64,000 nt of DNA from Candidatus Melainabacteria bacterium RIFOXYA2_FULL_32_9 (GCA_001784615.1 MFRQ01000025.1:7568-71567); one strand, 5' to 3'. Positions 29,808 to 38,926 are shown, numbered from the stretch's first letter. The notes: a model not told the origin generated them from the sequence alone. Made by a program: numbers and translations.

Positions 29808-29981
29808 GTCATCCTAAGGAGCGAAGCGACGTGAGGATCTTGCCAATGTATAACTTTAATCTTAAATAGCGCACTGTATAGATTGCCACGGTGCCAGAGG
29901 CACAAACATATTATCAATGATTTTGTATATTAAAGAAAGATTGTTGACAATGTCACTGTGGCTTTGCCTCCTCGCAATGAC
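29808..29981. repeat. Composite array of hairpin-repeat arms (one L arm, one truncated R arm, one R arm)
   Basis: L arm: GTCATCCTAAGGAGCGAAGCGACGTGAGGATCT (29808-29840). Truncated R arm: AGATTGCCACGGTGCCAGAGGCAC (29879-29902). R arm: AGATTGTTGACAATGTCACTGTGGCTTTGCCTCCTCGCAATGAC (29938-29981). Confidence 0.8.
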
Positions 29982-30162
29982 AGGGATTGTTCCTAACATA
30001 TTATTTACAAATCTTACTTCTAGTGCTCGATCACAAAATATTTATATAACAACGCAAAGAATAACCCAATCTAACACTTTAATAATTTATAATGAAATAT
30101 TAGTCTTTTATAATTTTAATACTGATCTAATTCTTAAAACTATATATCTATTTCAAACCTTT

Positions 30163-32769
30163 TTATTTAAAATTTCCGGCTTTAACCACAGATGCAACTT
30201 CAGGATGTATGTATTTTTTTGCAGCTTGATTTACATCTTCCTTAGTAATTTCACCTATTATAGACGGATATTCATTTAAATAATTGTCCCCAAGTTCATA
30301 GAATTCATTTATTAATAAAGACTTTGCTATTCCGCTGTTATTTGCAAACCTTAACGGATATGATCCTATTAAACAGGATTTGGCAAGATCGAGCTCACTA
30401 TCTGTAATACCTTCCTCAATAAATCTCACTAGTTCTTCTTTTAAAGCCTGTATGGTTATATCTGCATAATGCGTATCAACACCAAATCTAACTGACCAGG
30501 AACCTGGAATCATAAGAGCATTAAATCCTGAGGAAATACTATAAACAAGCCCTAAATCCTCTCTGATTCTTTTACCTATTCTGCTAGATAGTGCTCCACT
30601 TCCTCCAAGAATAAAGTTCATAACTGTAGCTTTATGAAAATCAGGATCTTTTCTAGCCAAATTTCCAAAGTGACCAAAAATCACTTCTGCTTCTGTTTTG
30701 CCTTCTACAAAGATTGCTTTTTCTTTATATTTTTTCTGTAAAGATATTCTTTTAATTTGTGGTTCGGGCATTTTCTTGGGTTCCCAGTGCCCAAATCTTT
30801 CCTCGACCAACTTAAAAACTTCTTCAGCTTTGAAGTTTCCTGCTATTCCAAGTATTACAGTATTTGATGAATAAAAAGTCTCATAAAAACTCCTGACATC
30901 ATCAAGTGTAATTTGCTTAATCTGTTTTTCTTGAGTACTAAAAGCATAAGAATAAAGCACATGATGTCTTGGATACACCATTTGACTGAATGCTAACCTT
31001 GCAAGATAGGCTGGAATATATTTTTTCTGCCTCATTCCAGCTATTGAAAGATGTTTATATTTATCAAATTCATCCTCAGGAAAAGAAGGCTCCATCAAAA
31101 TCTTTGCCAAAATATCTAAAATAAAAGGAAAATCGTTAGTTGTAGAAGATAAAGAAAAATTAACAGCTTCCCCTATATTACTAATGCCAACTGAAGCTCC
31201 TCTACTTTCAACTTCATCTGCTATTTCAAACTTAGATTTTCCTTTTGATCCTCTATTTAACATGCCACCGCATACAGAAGGTAAAGCAGGATTAACCAGA
31301 GAAGAAAACATATTCCCGGCATAGATTGTTCCGTATAATTTTACTGTATTGCTAGTTTTATTTTCAGTAAACAGAACTTTCATACCATTATTTAGCGTCT
31401 TTTTAGAAAAACTTATAGGAGCAGCCGTAATCTTATCCTCTATTAATATTGGAGGGGTTTTATATATATGATGTATTGTCTCATGTGGAGTGTAATCGTA
31501 AGTAGCAACGAACTTTTTAGGTTCTGCATGAGAAGGAATAAAATCCGCTATTGTTGCATTTGATATATCAAGATAATTTTTAACAGCATCTTTAATCTCA
31601 TCGATAGTTACTTTTTGGATATTGTCAACGTAATTATCAACAAATTTATACGTATCTACGGTATCATAATACCCTAATAAATACGCAAGCTTATAAGTAC
31701 CGTCTCTATTAAATTCAAAACTTGAAGTAATACGCCTTTTAGTTTTTTCTATTTCATCTTTTGTTGGTGGTCTACTATCTATAATGCTATTTATCTCGTT
31801 TAAAATTCTTTTTTCTGCTTCTTTATGGCTGATACCGGGAAATAATGTAGCTATTATAGTAAATAACCCCGGATCTTTTGATACTTCAGCACTCACACTT
31901 ATATCAGTAGCAATTTGTGTTTCGACTAAAGATTGGTATGTTCTACCGCTAACACCAATATTTAACATTTCACTAAAGACTATAAGGGGGAAGATATCTT
32001 TATTTTGAGCTGATGGAATATGGTAAGCCAGCTTAACTATAGGGCTGCTTCCTGGCTTTTTGATTATTGTTCTTCTTGTGCTTTTTTGAGGAGACTCTTT
32101 TGTAATTTTATAGTTGATTTCTTTTGGAGGAATTGAGCCAAAATGTTTTTTAATCAACTCAAGAGTTTGTTTTTGATCAAAATTTCCTACAACTACTATC
32201 GTAGCGTTATTTGGGGCATAAAAATTATTATAATACTCGTTTAAATCATCAAGTGTAATAGACTTTATATCTTCTTCCCAGCCTATAATAGGGTTCTTAT
32301 ACGGATGATGGATGTAAGCTTTTTCCCTTAAACCAACTTCGAGTACACTATAGGGGTTATCAAGATTTTTTTCTAACTCTGATAAAATCACGCCAACTTC
32401 TTTTTCCCTATCATCTTCCTGTAAAATCAGTTTGTGCATTCTTTGTGATTCAATAATCATTGCAAGTTCAAGCTTATTTGTAGCAAAAGATTCATAATAA
32501 CTGGTAAAATCCCTTGAGGTAAAGGCATTAAAAGCTCCGCCATTCCTGGTTATTTCAGCTACAACCTGCCCATTGTCAAAAAATTCTGTTTTCTTAAAGC
32601 TCAAATGTTCTAAAAAGTGAGAGATACCTGTTTTACCAGGTGTTTCATTTCTGGATCCAACTTTATACCAGACCATGAAAGTAGCTGAAGGAGAACAAGG
32701 ATGGTTTTGAAATAAAACTTTCAAACCATTATCCAGTTTATATTCAGTTGTTTTATGACTAAAAACCAT
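30163..32769 (-). CDS. M16-family (pitrilysin/insulinase) zinc peptidase, tandem double-module
   Basis: 868 aa. Inverted zinc motif HFLEH near the N-terminus. The second half repeats the M16/M16_C fold without HxxEH. Confidence 0.85.
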   Translation of the reverse strand: MVFSHKTTEYKLDNGLKVLFQNHPCSPSATFMVWYKVGSRNETPGKTGISHFLEHLSFKKTEFFDNGQVVAEITRNGGAFNAFTSRDFTSYYESFATNKLELAMIIESQRMHKLILQEDDREKEVGVILSELEKNLDNPYSVLEVGLREKAYIHHPYKNPIIGWEEDIKSITLDDLNEYYNNFYAPNNATIVVVGNFDQKQTLELIKKHFGSIPPKEINYKITKESPQKSTRRTIIKKPGSSPIVKLAYHIPSAQNKDIFPLIVFSEMLNIGVSGRTYQSLVETQIATDISVSAEVSKDPGLFTIIATLFPGISHKEAEKRILNEINSIIDSRPPTKDEIEKTKRRITSSFEFNRDGTYKLAYLLGYYDTVDTYKFVDNYVDNIQKVTIDEIKDAVKNYLDISNATIADFIPSHAEPKKFVATYDYTPHETIHHIYKTPPILIEDKITAAPISFSKKTLNNGMKVLFTENKTSNTVKLYGTIYAGNMFSSLVNPALPSVCGGMLNRGSKGKSKFEIADEVESRGASVGISNIGEAVNFSLSSTTNDFPFILDILAKILMEPSFPEDEFDKYKHLSIAGMRQKKYIPAYLARLAFSQMVYPRHHVLYSYAFSTQEKQIKQITLDDVRSFYETFYSSNTVILGIAGNFKAEEVFKLVEERFGHWEPKKMPEPQIKRISLQKKYKEKAIFVEGKTEAEVIFGHFGNLARKDPDFHKATVMNFILGGSGALSSRIGKRIREDLGLVYSISSGFNALMIPGSWSVRFGVDTHYADITIQALKEELVRFIEEGITDSELDLAKSCLIGSYPLRFANNSGIAKSLLINEFYELGDNYLNEYPSIIGEITKEDVNQAAKKYIHPEVASVVKAGNFK

Positions 32770-32790
32770 TATAAATACCGTTTTAAAATA

Positions 32791-34077
32791 TTAAACTAAT
32801 CTTTTACTTTTAGTTATTTGATTTCCTTGGATATAAACCATATTAGGGCCCTTTTTTTCTATAAAATCCATGTATGTTTCATTATTATCAAGCTCAAAAA
32901 CCAGAAAATCTGCTTCTTTATCTTTTTCTAGGCTACCTATTTTATCATCAAGCTTTAATATTTTAGCTGCATTTATTGTTAACATATCAAGCAGTTTTAA
33001 TGAATCCAAACCTGTACTATTTTTAATAAATCTAGCCTCGTTAATTAAACTTAAATCATAATTACTGAATTTGCTGTCAGTTCCAACCCCTATTTTATCG
33101 AATAAGTTGTGTAATTTCAGGATTTTATCAATATCAATTGTTTTATTGTGTAAAATTATATTACTTCTAGGACAATGAGCTATTTTAATATCGAATTCTG
33201 ATAGCTTTTCAAAAAATTCTTCTTGAAGTTGATTTAGATGCGCAAGAATTAAATTACCGTTTAAAATTTCTAATATACCCAATTTCTCAAGATATTGAAC
33301 CGGATTTATATTGATTTTACTTGGAGTTATTTTATCCCAGCCAACAAGTTTATGAATTAAATCAATATCAGAATAACCATATTTAAGCCAATCCATTTCT
33401 GCTTGTGATTCTGCTAAATGTGTCTGAATTAAAACATCATTCTCACAAGCAAATTCTGATATTTTTTTCCATAACACAGGATGAACATTATAAATTGAAT
33501 GTGGAAAAATTCCAAAATTTACTAATTCAGACTTATTTTGTTGAATTATATTGATTTTTTCTTTTAAGCTTTTGAATTCTACATTACTTGATTCTTCATT
33601 ATTCGAGAACGTTTCCAAAAAAAGATATGTTCTAATTTTGCTGGTATTAAATATATCAAAGAATTCAGGCTCTTTAGATATTTGTGCAACACAGGTTGTC
33701 CCTGATAAAAGAGCCTCTTCTATCCCTTTTTGGAGAGAATTGATTTTTTGAGACATATTCCATTTTGAATACTGGCTTATTAACTCTGTTATCCAGTTTA
33801 TAAAAACACCTGGGGATTGATTTTGTATATTATAATTACTAATTTGATCAATATTTGTTGTTAAATTGGTAAATTGTAAATGTGTATGCAGATTAATAAA
33901 GCCCGGTGTAATTACAGCTTTTCCATAGTCTATGATTTCATCAGTATTTTCAAAATTTCTTGGATCATTCTGATTAATTACATCAAAAATCTTGCTATCT
34001 TTAACTAAAACAGCACCCTTTTCAATTATTTGCCCATTTGCAGGCAAAATCCAATCAGCTTTATAAAGCTTAAACAT
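32791..34077 (-). CDS. Amidohydrolase-superfamily protein (nucleoside/aminofutalosine deaminase-like)
   Basis: 428 aa. PGFINLHTHLQF metal-binding HxH motif, later HLAES and GTDS motifs typical of chlorohydrolase/deaminase-type amidohydrolases. Confidence 0.65.
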   Translation of the reverse strand: MFKLYKADWILPANGQIIEKGAVLVKDSKIFDVINQNDPRNFENTDEIIDYGKAVITPGFINLHTHLQFTNLTTNIDQISNYNIQNQSPGVFINWITELISQYSKWNMSQKINSLQKGIEEALLSGTTCVAQISKEPEFFDIFNTSKIRTYLFLETFSNNEESSNVEFKSLKEKINIIQQNKSELVNFGIFPHSIYNVHPVLWKKISEFACENDVLIQTHLAESQAEMDWLKYGYSDIDLIHKLVGWDKITPSKININPVQYLEKLGILEILNGNLILAHLNQLQEEFFEKLSEFDIKIAHCPRSNIILHNKTIDIDKILKLHNLFDKIGVGTDSKFSNYDLSLINEARFIKNSTGLDSLKLLDMLTINAAKILKLDDKIGSLEKDKEADFLVFELDNNETYMDFIEKKGPNMVYIQGNQITKSKRLV

Positions 34078-34087
34078 TCTTTATTAA

Positions 34088-34136
34088 TGCTCCTAAAACA
34101 TCAAATGTTAACTTGAGTTAGGTGATATTATCACCC
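34088..34136 (-). repeat. Palindrome-core repeat, copy 2; forms the 5' leader and SD of the amidohydrolase gene
   Basis: tgctcctaaaacatcaaatgttaacttgagttaggtgatattatcaccc, nearly identical to the reverse complement of 42526-42576. GGAGCA lies 10 nt before the ATG at 34077. Confidence 0.75.
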
Positions 34137-34224
34137 ATAAATTTTTATAACTTTTTTAAAATGATCGACTAATATATCATATACTGATAATAAGTTTCTA
34201 TCGATATTTATATCTGAGGTTATA

Positions 34225-35670
34225 ATGGAATATTCAACAAGAACTAAAATAATTGCAACTATTGGACCTGCTTCTAATACAGAAGATAAAATTAACGATC
34301 TTATTAAAGCAGGGACAAAAGTATTTAGAATAAACTCTTCTCACGGTACAAAAGAAGAACATGCCAGCAGTATTGAAATAATCAGGAAAGTTTCTAAATC
34401 TCTAGATGAATATATAGCTATAATTCTTGACCTTCAGGGACCTAAAATTAGAGTTGGGAATTTAAAAGAACCAATTGAACTTAAGGATAATCAGGAAATA
34501 ACTATAATTCCATCTATGGAAACGGATAAACTTGATGTAATTCCTGTTGATTATCCTGGCATAGTAAATGATGTTAAAAAAAATGACAGAATTCTTCTCG
34601 ACGATGGAAAAATACACCTTAAAGTCCTATCAACCTCAATTGATTCGATAAAAGCCAATGTTATTCATGGCGGAACATTAATCTCTAGAAAAGGGGTAAA
34701 TATCCCAGAAGAGTCAATAAACTTACCTGCTATCACAGATAAAGATATTGATTACATAAAATTTGGAATAGAACACGATGTTGACTACTTTGCTTTATCT
34801 TTTGTCAGATCAAAAGCTGATATAACTACAGCAAAAGATTATATACATAAATTTGGTGGGGATATCCCTGTTATTGCAAAAATAGAAAAGCCTCAAGCCC
34901 TTGATAATCTTGAAGATATAATTTCAGCATCAGACGGAATTATGGTCGCAAGGGGCGATTTAGGAATAGAGATATCACCTGAATATGTGCCTTTGGTCCA
35001 GAAACGATTAATATGTACAGCAAATTGCAGACGAAAAGCTGTAATTACAGCAACTCAAATGCTTGAATCTATGATAACACAGCTTACTCCAACAAGAGCT
35101 GAAGCAAGTGATGTTGCTAATGCTATTCTTGATGGTTCAGATGCAATTATGTTATCAGGTGAAACAGCTATTGGAAAATATCCTGTAGAAACTGTAAATA
35201 TGATGAGTTCAATAGCAAAAGACACAGAAAAAAGTAATATTTACAAACATAATGTTTCTCTCTGGGGACAAGGAGAAGTTTACGAAGTAGAATCTCAAGC
35301 TATTGCAACAGCAGTAGTAAGAATGTTATCAGAAATAGAAATTAGTGCAATTATTGCTTTTACAAGATCAGGTTTTACAGGAAGACTTTTATCAAAAGAA
35401 AAACCATCTGTTCCGATAATTGCTTTATCAGATAATGAAAAAATTTGCAGGAGATTAAATCTTTTTTGGGGTGTCTTTCCTTATAAAATGGACTTTGGAA
35501 AAAGCTTTACAGAGGAAACACTTAAAAACTTGGATAAAATGCTCATAAAAGAGACCTTTTTAAATGCCGGCGACAAGGTTATTATCACCGGAGGATTACC
35601 ATATTTAGCTGCAGGTAAAACTAATTTTATAAGACTACATCAAATCGGCGCTGCTGGGATTATGTATTAA
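34225..35670 (+). CDS. pyk: Pyruvate kinase
   Basis: 481 aa. TKIIATIGPAS, NSSHG, MVARGDLGIEI and GETA motifs. Confidence 0.93.
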   Translation: MEYSTRTKIIATIGPASNTEDKINDLIKAGTKVFRINSSHGTKEEHASSIEIIRKVSKSLDEYIAIILDLQGPKIRVGNLKEPIELKDNQEITIIPSMETDKLDVIPVDYPGIVNDVKKNDRILLDDGKIHLKVLSTSIDSIKANVIHGGTLISRKGVNIPEESINLPAITDKDIDYIKFGIEHDVDYFALSFVRSKADITTAKDYIHKFGGDIPVIAKIEKPQALDNLEDIISASDGIMVARGDLGIEISPEYVPLVQKRLICTANCRRKAVITATQMLESMITQLTPTRAEASDVANAILDGSDAIMLSGETAIGKYPVETVNMMSSIAKDTEKSNIYKHNVSLWGQGEVYEVESQAIATAVVRMLSEIEISAIIAFTRSGFTGRLLSKEKPSVPIIALSDNEKICRRLNLFWGVFPYKMDFGKSFTEETLKNLDKMLIKETFLNAGDKVIITGGLPYLAAGKTNFIRLHQIGAAGIMY

Positions 35671-35698
35671 GAACCTATCGGACAAATAAATTTTTGCT

Positions 35699-35755
35699 GT
35701 CATTGCGAACCTTTCAGCTGGGATATTTGTAAAAATCGATCTTGTGAAGCAATCT
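35699..35755. repeat. Hairpin-repeat L arm with enlarged loop
   Basis: GTCATTGCGAACC...GTGAAGCAATCT. The ATTGC/GCAAT closing stem is retained. Confidence 0.65.
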
Positions 35756-35799
35756 CTAAGCATCATTTTTTGAATTTTCGGATAGATTCTAAAGAGATT

Positions 35800-35991
35800 T
35801 TAATTTACTTTTAAAATCTCTATAAGTTCTGATACTTGCCAGCATCGTTTCTCTATATCTTCAAAAACCAGCATAAAACTATCCTGATCAATATTCTCTG
35901 CTTCACTTTGTATGGCAAAATGGGACATCTTTGATAAAAGGCGAATCATATCTAATTCCTGATATATTTTATCAGTTAAGTTTTGTTGCAT
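35800..35991 (-). CDS. Hypothetical small acidic protein (63 aa)
   Basis: ORF divergent from the tandem HTH genes. Weak SD and no recognised domain. Confidence 0.35.
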   Translation of the reverse strand: MQQNLTDKIYQELDMIRLLSKMSHFAIQSEAENIDQDSFMLVFEDIEKRCWQVSELIEILKVN

Positions 35992-36070
35992 AATATCAGC
36001 TTTCTGTATAATTAATCAGCTTTATAATGATTATATTATCTTTCCCTTTAAATTGTGTCAATATAAAATT

Positions 36071-36286
36071 ATGAATATAAGGGAACAAATAAAAGTTTTA
36101 TTAGCTATAGAGAACTCTACATTGACTGATATTGCTCGAAAAATGACAGCAGAAACAGGCAGAAATTATTCTATGCATAATCTTTCTCAAAAATTATCAA
36201 GAAAAACGCTTAAATTTGAAGAAGCTAGACTTATAGCAAAAATTTTAGGCTATAAAATACAATTTGAAAAAATTCAAAATAACTGA
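36071..36286 (+). CDS. Small XRE-like helix-turn-helix protein, paralog 1
   Basis: MNIREQIKVLLAIENSTLTDIARKM...NLSQKLSRKTLKFEEARLIAKILGYKIQF. About half the residues are shared with the next ORF. Confidence 0.6.
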   Translation: MNIREQIKVLLAIENSTLTDIARKMTAETGRNYSMHNLSQKLSRKTLKFEEARLIAKILGYKIQFEKIQNN

Positions 36287-36339
36287 AAAACCCATATTAT
36301 CATATTAATTATCTATATATAATATTTTTGAGGTTCGAA

Positions 36340-36558
36340 ATGCCTGCAAGAGAACAAGTAAAAATTCTTCTATTAAAAAGAAATATGACAATAACAGAAT
36401 TAGCCTCAAGAATGACTGAATTTACCGGTAAAAAATATTCCAGGCAAAACCTTTCTAATAAATTATCAAAAAGAACGTTACGTTTTGAGGAATTTGAAGT
36501 TATTGCAGAAATTTTAGGCTACAAAATCGAACTCATTGATAGAGAAAATTCTAAATAA
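36340..36558 (+). CDS. Small XRE-like helix-turn-helix protein, paralog 2
   Basis: MPAREQVKILLLKRNMTITELASRM...NLSNKLSKRTLRFEEFEVIAEILGYKIEL. SD GAGG 6 nt upstream. Confidence 0.6.
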   Translation: MPAREQVKILLLKRNMTITELASRMTEFTGKKYSRQNLSNKLSKRTLRFEEFEVIAEILGYKIELIDRENSK

Positions 36559-36644
36559 CATTAGAGTTCATGGAAATAGATGGCCTAAGAAGTTCTCTTT
36601 TTAAAGTAATTCTTTTATTTATAATATTGTAGAGCACTATTCAT

Positions 36645-36691
36645 GTACTTTTTCTTTATTTTTACCTATAACAAAAATAAAGAAAAAGTAC
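36645..36691. terminator. Perfect 19-bp hairpin between convergent units (likely bidirectional terminator)
   Basis: gtactttttctttattttt-acctataac-aaaaataaagaaaaagtac. Confidence 0.5.
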
Positions 36692-36885
36692 CAAAAAGAA
36701 ACAAAAACCCACTTACAGTAACGGCTGCTCGAAGCTCGATTGTTAAATAATACCTACGCCGGACTTAACTCGCCTGCAAAGCAGGCTCAAACAAAAGTCC
36801 TACAAGATATTATTGACGCTTCGGCATCCGTAAGCTATTTTTATCAGAATTTTCTTCTCTCTTCTTATTTAGTAATTTACTTTCT

Positions 36886-37731
36886 TTACTCTTTGACCCC
36901 ACCCATCATAATACCTTTAATAAAGTATTTTTGACCAAGTAAAAATACTCCAACAACAGGTATTACAGCAATAAGAGCACATGCCATCAATTGTCCCCAC
37001 TCGGTTGTTTCTCTAAAACTTCCCTTAAATACAGCAAGTCCAACTGGCAGTGTTCTCATTGTGTCTGAATTAGTCACAATTAATGGCCACATAAAACTGT
37101 TCCAGGTAGTAATAAAAGTAAAAATTCCTAAAGTAGCAATGGCAGGAAGTGCAAGCGGCATGGCTATTTTCCAGTAAGTTTGAAGAGGATTGCATCCATC
37201 AATTTTCGCTGCATCTTCTAAATCAGCAGGTAAACCTTTAAACCACTGTCTTAATAGGAAAATCCCAAAACCACCAAATAAACCTGGTACTATAAGAGCC
37301 TGATAAGTATTTATCCAATGCAATTCTCTCATTACAAAAAATAATGGGACGATATTAACCTGGGGAGGAATCATCATAGTAGCAAGTAATATTAAGAATA
37401 AAGCATCTCTGCCTTTAAATTTTAATCTTGCAAAAGCATAAGCAGCCATAGAGGCAATTATAACTTGTCCTACAGTAGTTAAAATCGCAACAAAAGCACT
37501 ATTAAAGAAGTATTGAGCAACAGGGATTACTTTTGTAACATTATAATAATTGCTTATGATAAATGGATTTGGCATTAAAGCAGGTGGATAGCTAAAAATC
37601 TGCTTTTGTCCCATAAAAGACGTAGCCACCATCCATAAAAATGGCACAAGCATTGACACCGCACCAATTGTTAGTATCAAATATGCAATAATTTCTTTTA
37701 TATTAAGTTTTTTTAGTTTATTAATCATCAA
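36886..37731 (-). CDS. Carbohydrate ABC transporter permease (MalG/UgpE-like)
   Basis: 281 aa, 6 TM helices, EAA-type loop DLEDAAKIDGCNPLQTYWKIAMPLALP. Confidence 0.85.
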   Translation of the reverse strand: MMINKLKKLNIKEIIAYLILTIGAVSMLVPFLWMVATSFMGQKQIFSYPPALMPNPFIISNYYNVTKVIPVAQYFFNSAFVAILTTVGQVIIASMAAYAFARLKFKGRDALFLILLATMMIPPQVNIVPLFFVMRELHWINTYQALIVPGLFGGFGIFLLRQWFKGLPADLEDAAKIDGCNPLQTYWKIAMPLALPAIATLGIFTFITTWNSFMWPLIVTNSDTMRTLPVGLAVFKGSFRETTEWGQLMACALIAVIPVVGVFLLGQKYFIKGIMMGGVKE

Positions 37732-37750
37732 TCTTTCCTATTTATCCCTT

Positions 37751-37861
37751 GTCATTGCGAGGAGGAGCGAAGCTCCGACGTGGCAATCTTTCTAGATTAC
37801 AACTTATAGCAATAATACCCAATAGGTAAGATTGCTTCGTCACTGCGTTCCTCGCAATGAC
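37751..37861. repeat. Complete hairpin-repeat element (L arm + R arm) inside the ABC permease operon
   Basis: GTCATTGCGAGGAGGAGCGAAGCTCCGACGTGGCAATCT ... AGATTGCTTCGTCACTGCGTTCCTCGCAATGAC. The R arm is the exact reverse complement (33/33) of the L arm at 51784-51816. Confidence 0.85.
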
Positions 37862-37883
37862 AATAGAACTTTTATATTTACAA

Positions 37884-38780
37884 TTACTCATTCATTACCC
37901 ATCTTTTTCTTGTAACCCATTGAATTAAAGTCAATACCAGTATAATCATAAATAGAATATACGCTATAGCTGAAGCTGTACCTAATTTAAAATATTCAAA
38001 GGCATTTTTATAAAGCCAGTAAACCATTACCATGGTCGAATTTTCAGGCCCACCTTCTGTCATCAGGTATATTAAATCAAAGACTTGAAAAGAAGATATG
38101 GTTGTCATAATTGAAACAAAGAATATTGTCGGACTCAACATGGGCAATGTTATTGTAAAAAATCTCTTTACCCCAACCGCTCCATCAATCTCAGCAGCTT
38201 CATTTACAGATTCAGGTATTGCCTGCAAACCTGCAAGGAAAATTACCATATTATAGCCAATATTTTTCCAGATACTGACTAAAATAATAGCCGGCATGGC
38301 AAAATTCTTATCATAAAGCCAGGTTATCTTGTCACCAACCCCTAAAATCCAGTTTAGAATCCCGTAATTAGGATCAAAAATCCATGCCCATACAATTGCA
38401 ACAACAATCATAGGTGTAATAAACGGTAAAAAGTATGCTGTTTTAAAGAAAGTTGTACCTTTTATTTTTCTATCAATAGCTACTGCAATAATAAGAGGAA
38501 GTATTATTCCAAATATAGTTGTTATAAAAGCATAATAAAAAGTATTCCAGAGTACTTCATAAAAAACGGGATTCTGAAATAACTCTATATAATTATCTAA
38601 ACCAACAAATTTCGGGCTTCCAATAAGATTCCATTTTGTTAAACTTATTCCAAAAGACCCAAAAACAGGAATAATAATAAAAATCAAAGTCCCAATAAAG
38701 GCAGGTAAAATAAACAACCATGCCCAGAATAAATCTTTAGATGAAATTTCCGATATTTTATTTTTAATTACTTCCAACAA
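37884..38780 (-). CDS. Carbohydrate ABC transporter permease (MalF/UgpA-like)
   Basis: 298 aa, 6 TM helices, EAA loop ESVNEAAEIDGAVGVKRFFTITLPMLSP. Confidence 0.85.
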   Translation of the reverse strand: MLEVIKNKISEISSKDLFWAWLFILPAFIGTLIFIIIPVFGSFGISLTKWNLIGSPKFVGLDNYIELFQNPVFYEVLWNTFYYAFITTIFGIILPLIIAVAIDRKIKGTTFFKTAYFLPFITPMIVVAIVWAWIFDPNYGILNWILGVGDKITWLYDKNFAMPAIILVSIWKNIGYNMVIFLAGLQAIPESVNEAAEIDGAVGVKRFFTITLPMLSPTIFFVSIMTTISSFQVFDLIYLMTEGGPENSTMVMVYWLYKNAFEYFKLGTASAIAYILFMIILVLTLIQWVTRKRWVMNE

Positions 38781-38926
38781 TCTTCTTAATTCTCTTTTTA
38801 TAAAAAACTCTAAAAAATCAGCTACATTATCATTATATAATTTTTTATATTATTGATCTAAAATACGAGAAAAACTTTTCTGGATTTTTACTGTTTTATT
38901 GTTTATCATTAAATTAAATTGACTTT

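Noticed and set aside
29808-29981. Possible CRISPR array formed by the recurring GTCATTGCGAG-type repeats.
   Set aside because: The repeats occur in inverted pairs with irregular spacing, are scattered over 30+ kb, and vary in sequence and length. There is no regular repeat-spacer periodicity and no cas genes.
29720-30279. ORFs translated across the hairpin repeats: 29720..29917, 29917..30279, 36740..36934, 50210..50401, 50409..50591, 63103..63288.
   Set aside because: Their only distinctive segments (…VASLLRMT…, …CLLAMTG…, …CHSELPSEARES…, …CHPEALSK…) are translations of the repeat arms, which occur in both orientations and several frames. They are better explained as non-coding structured repeats.
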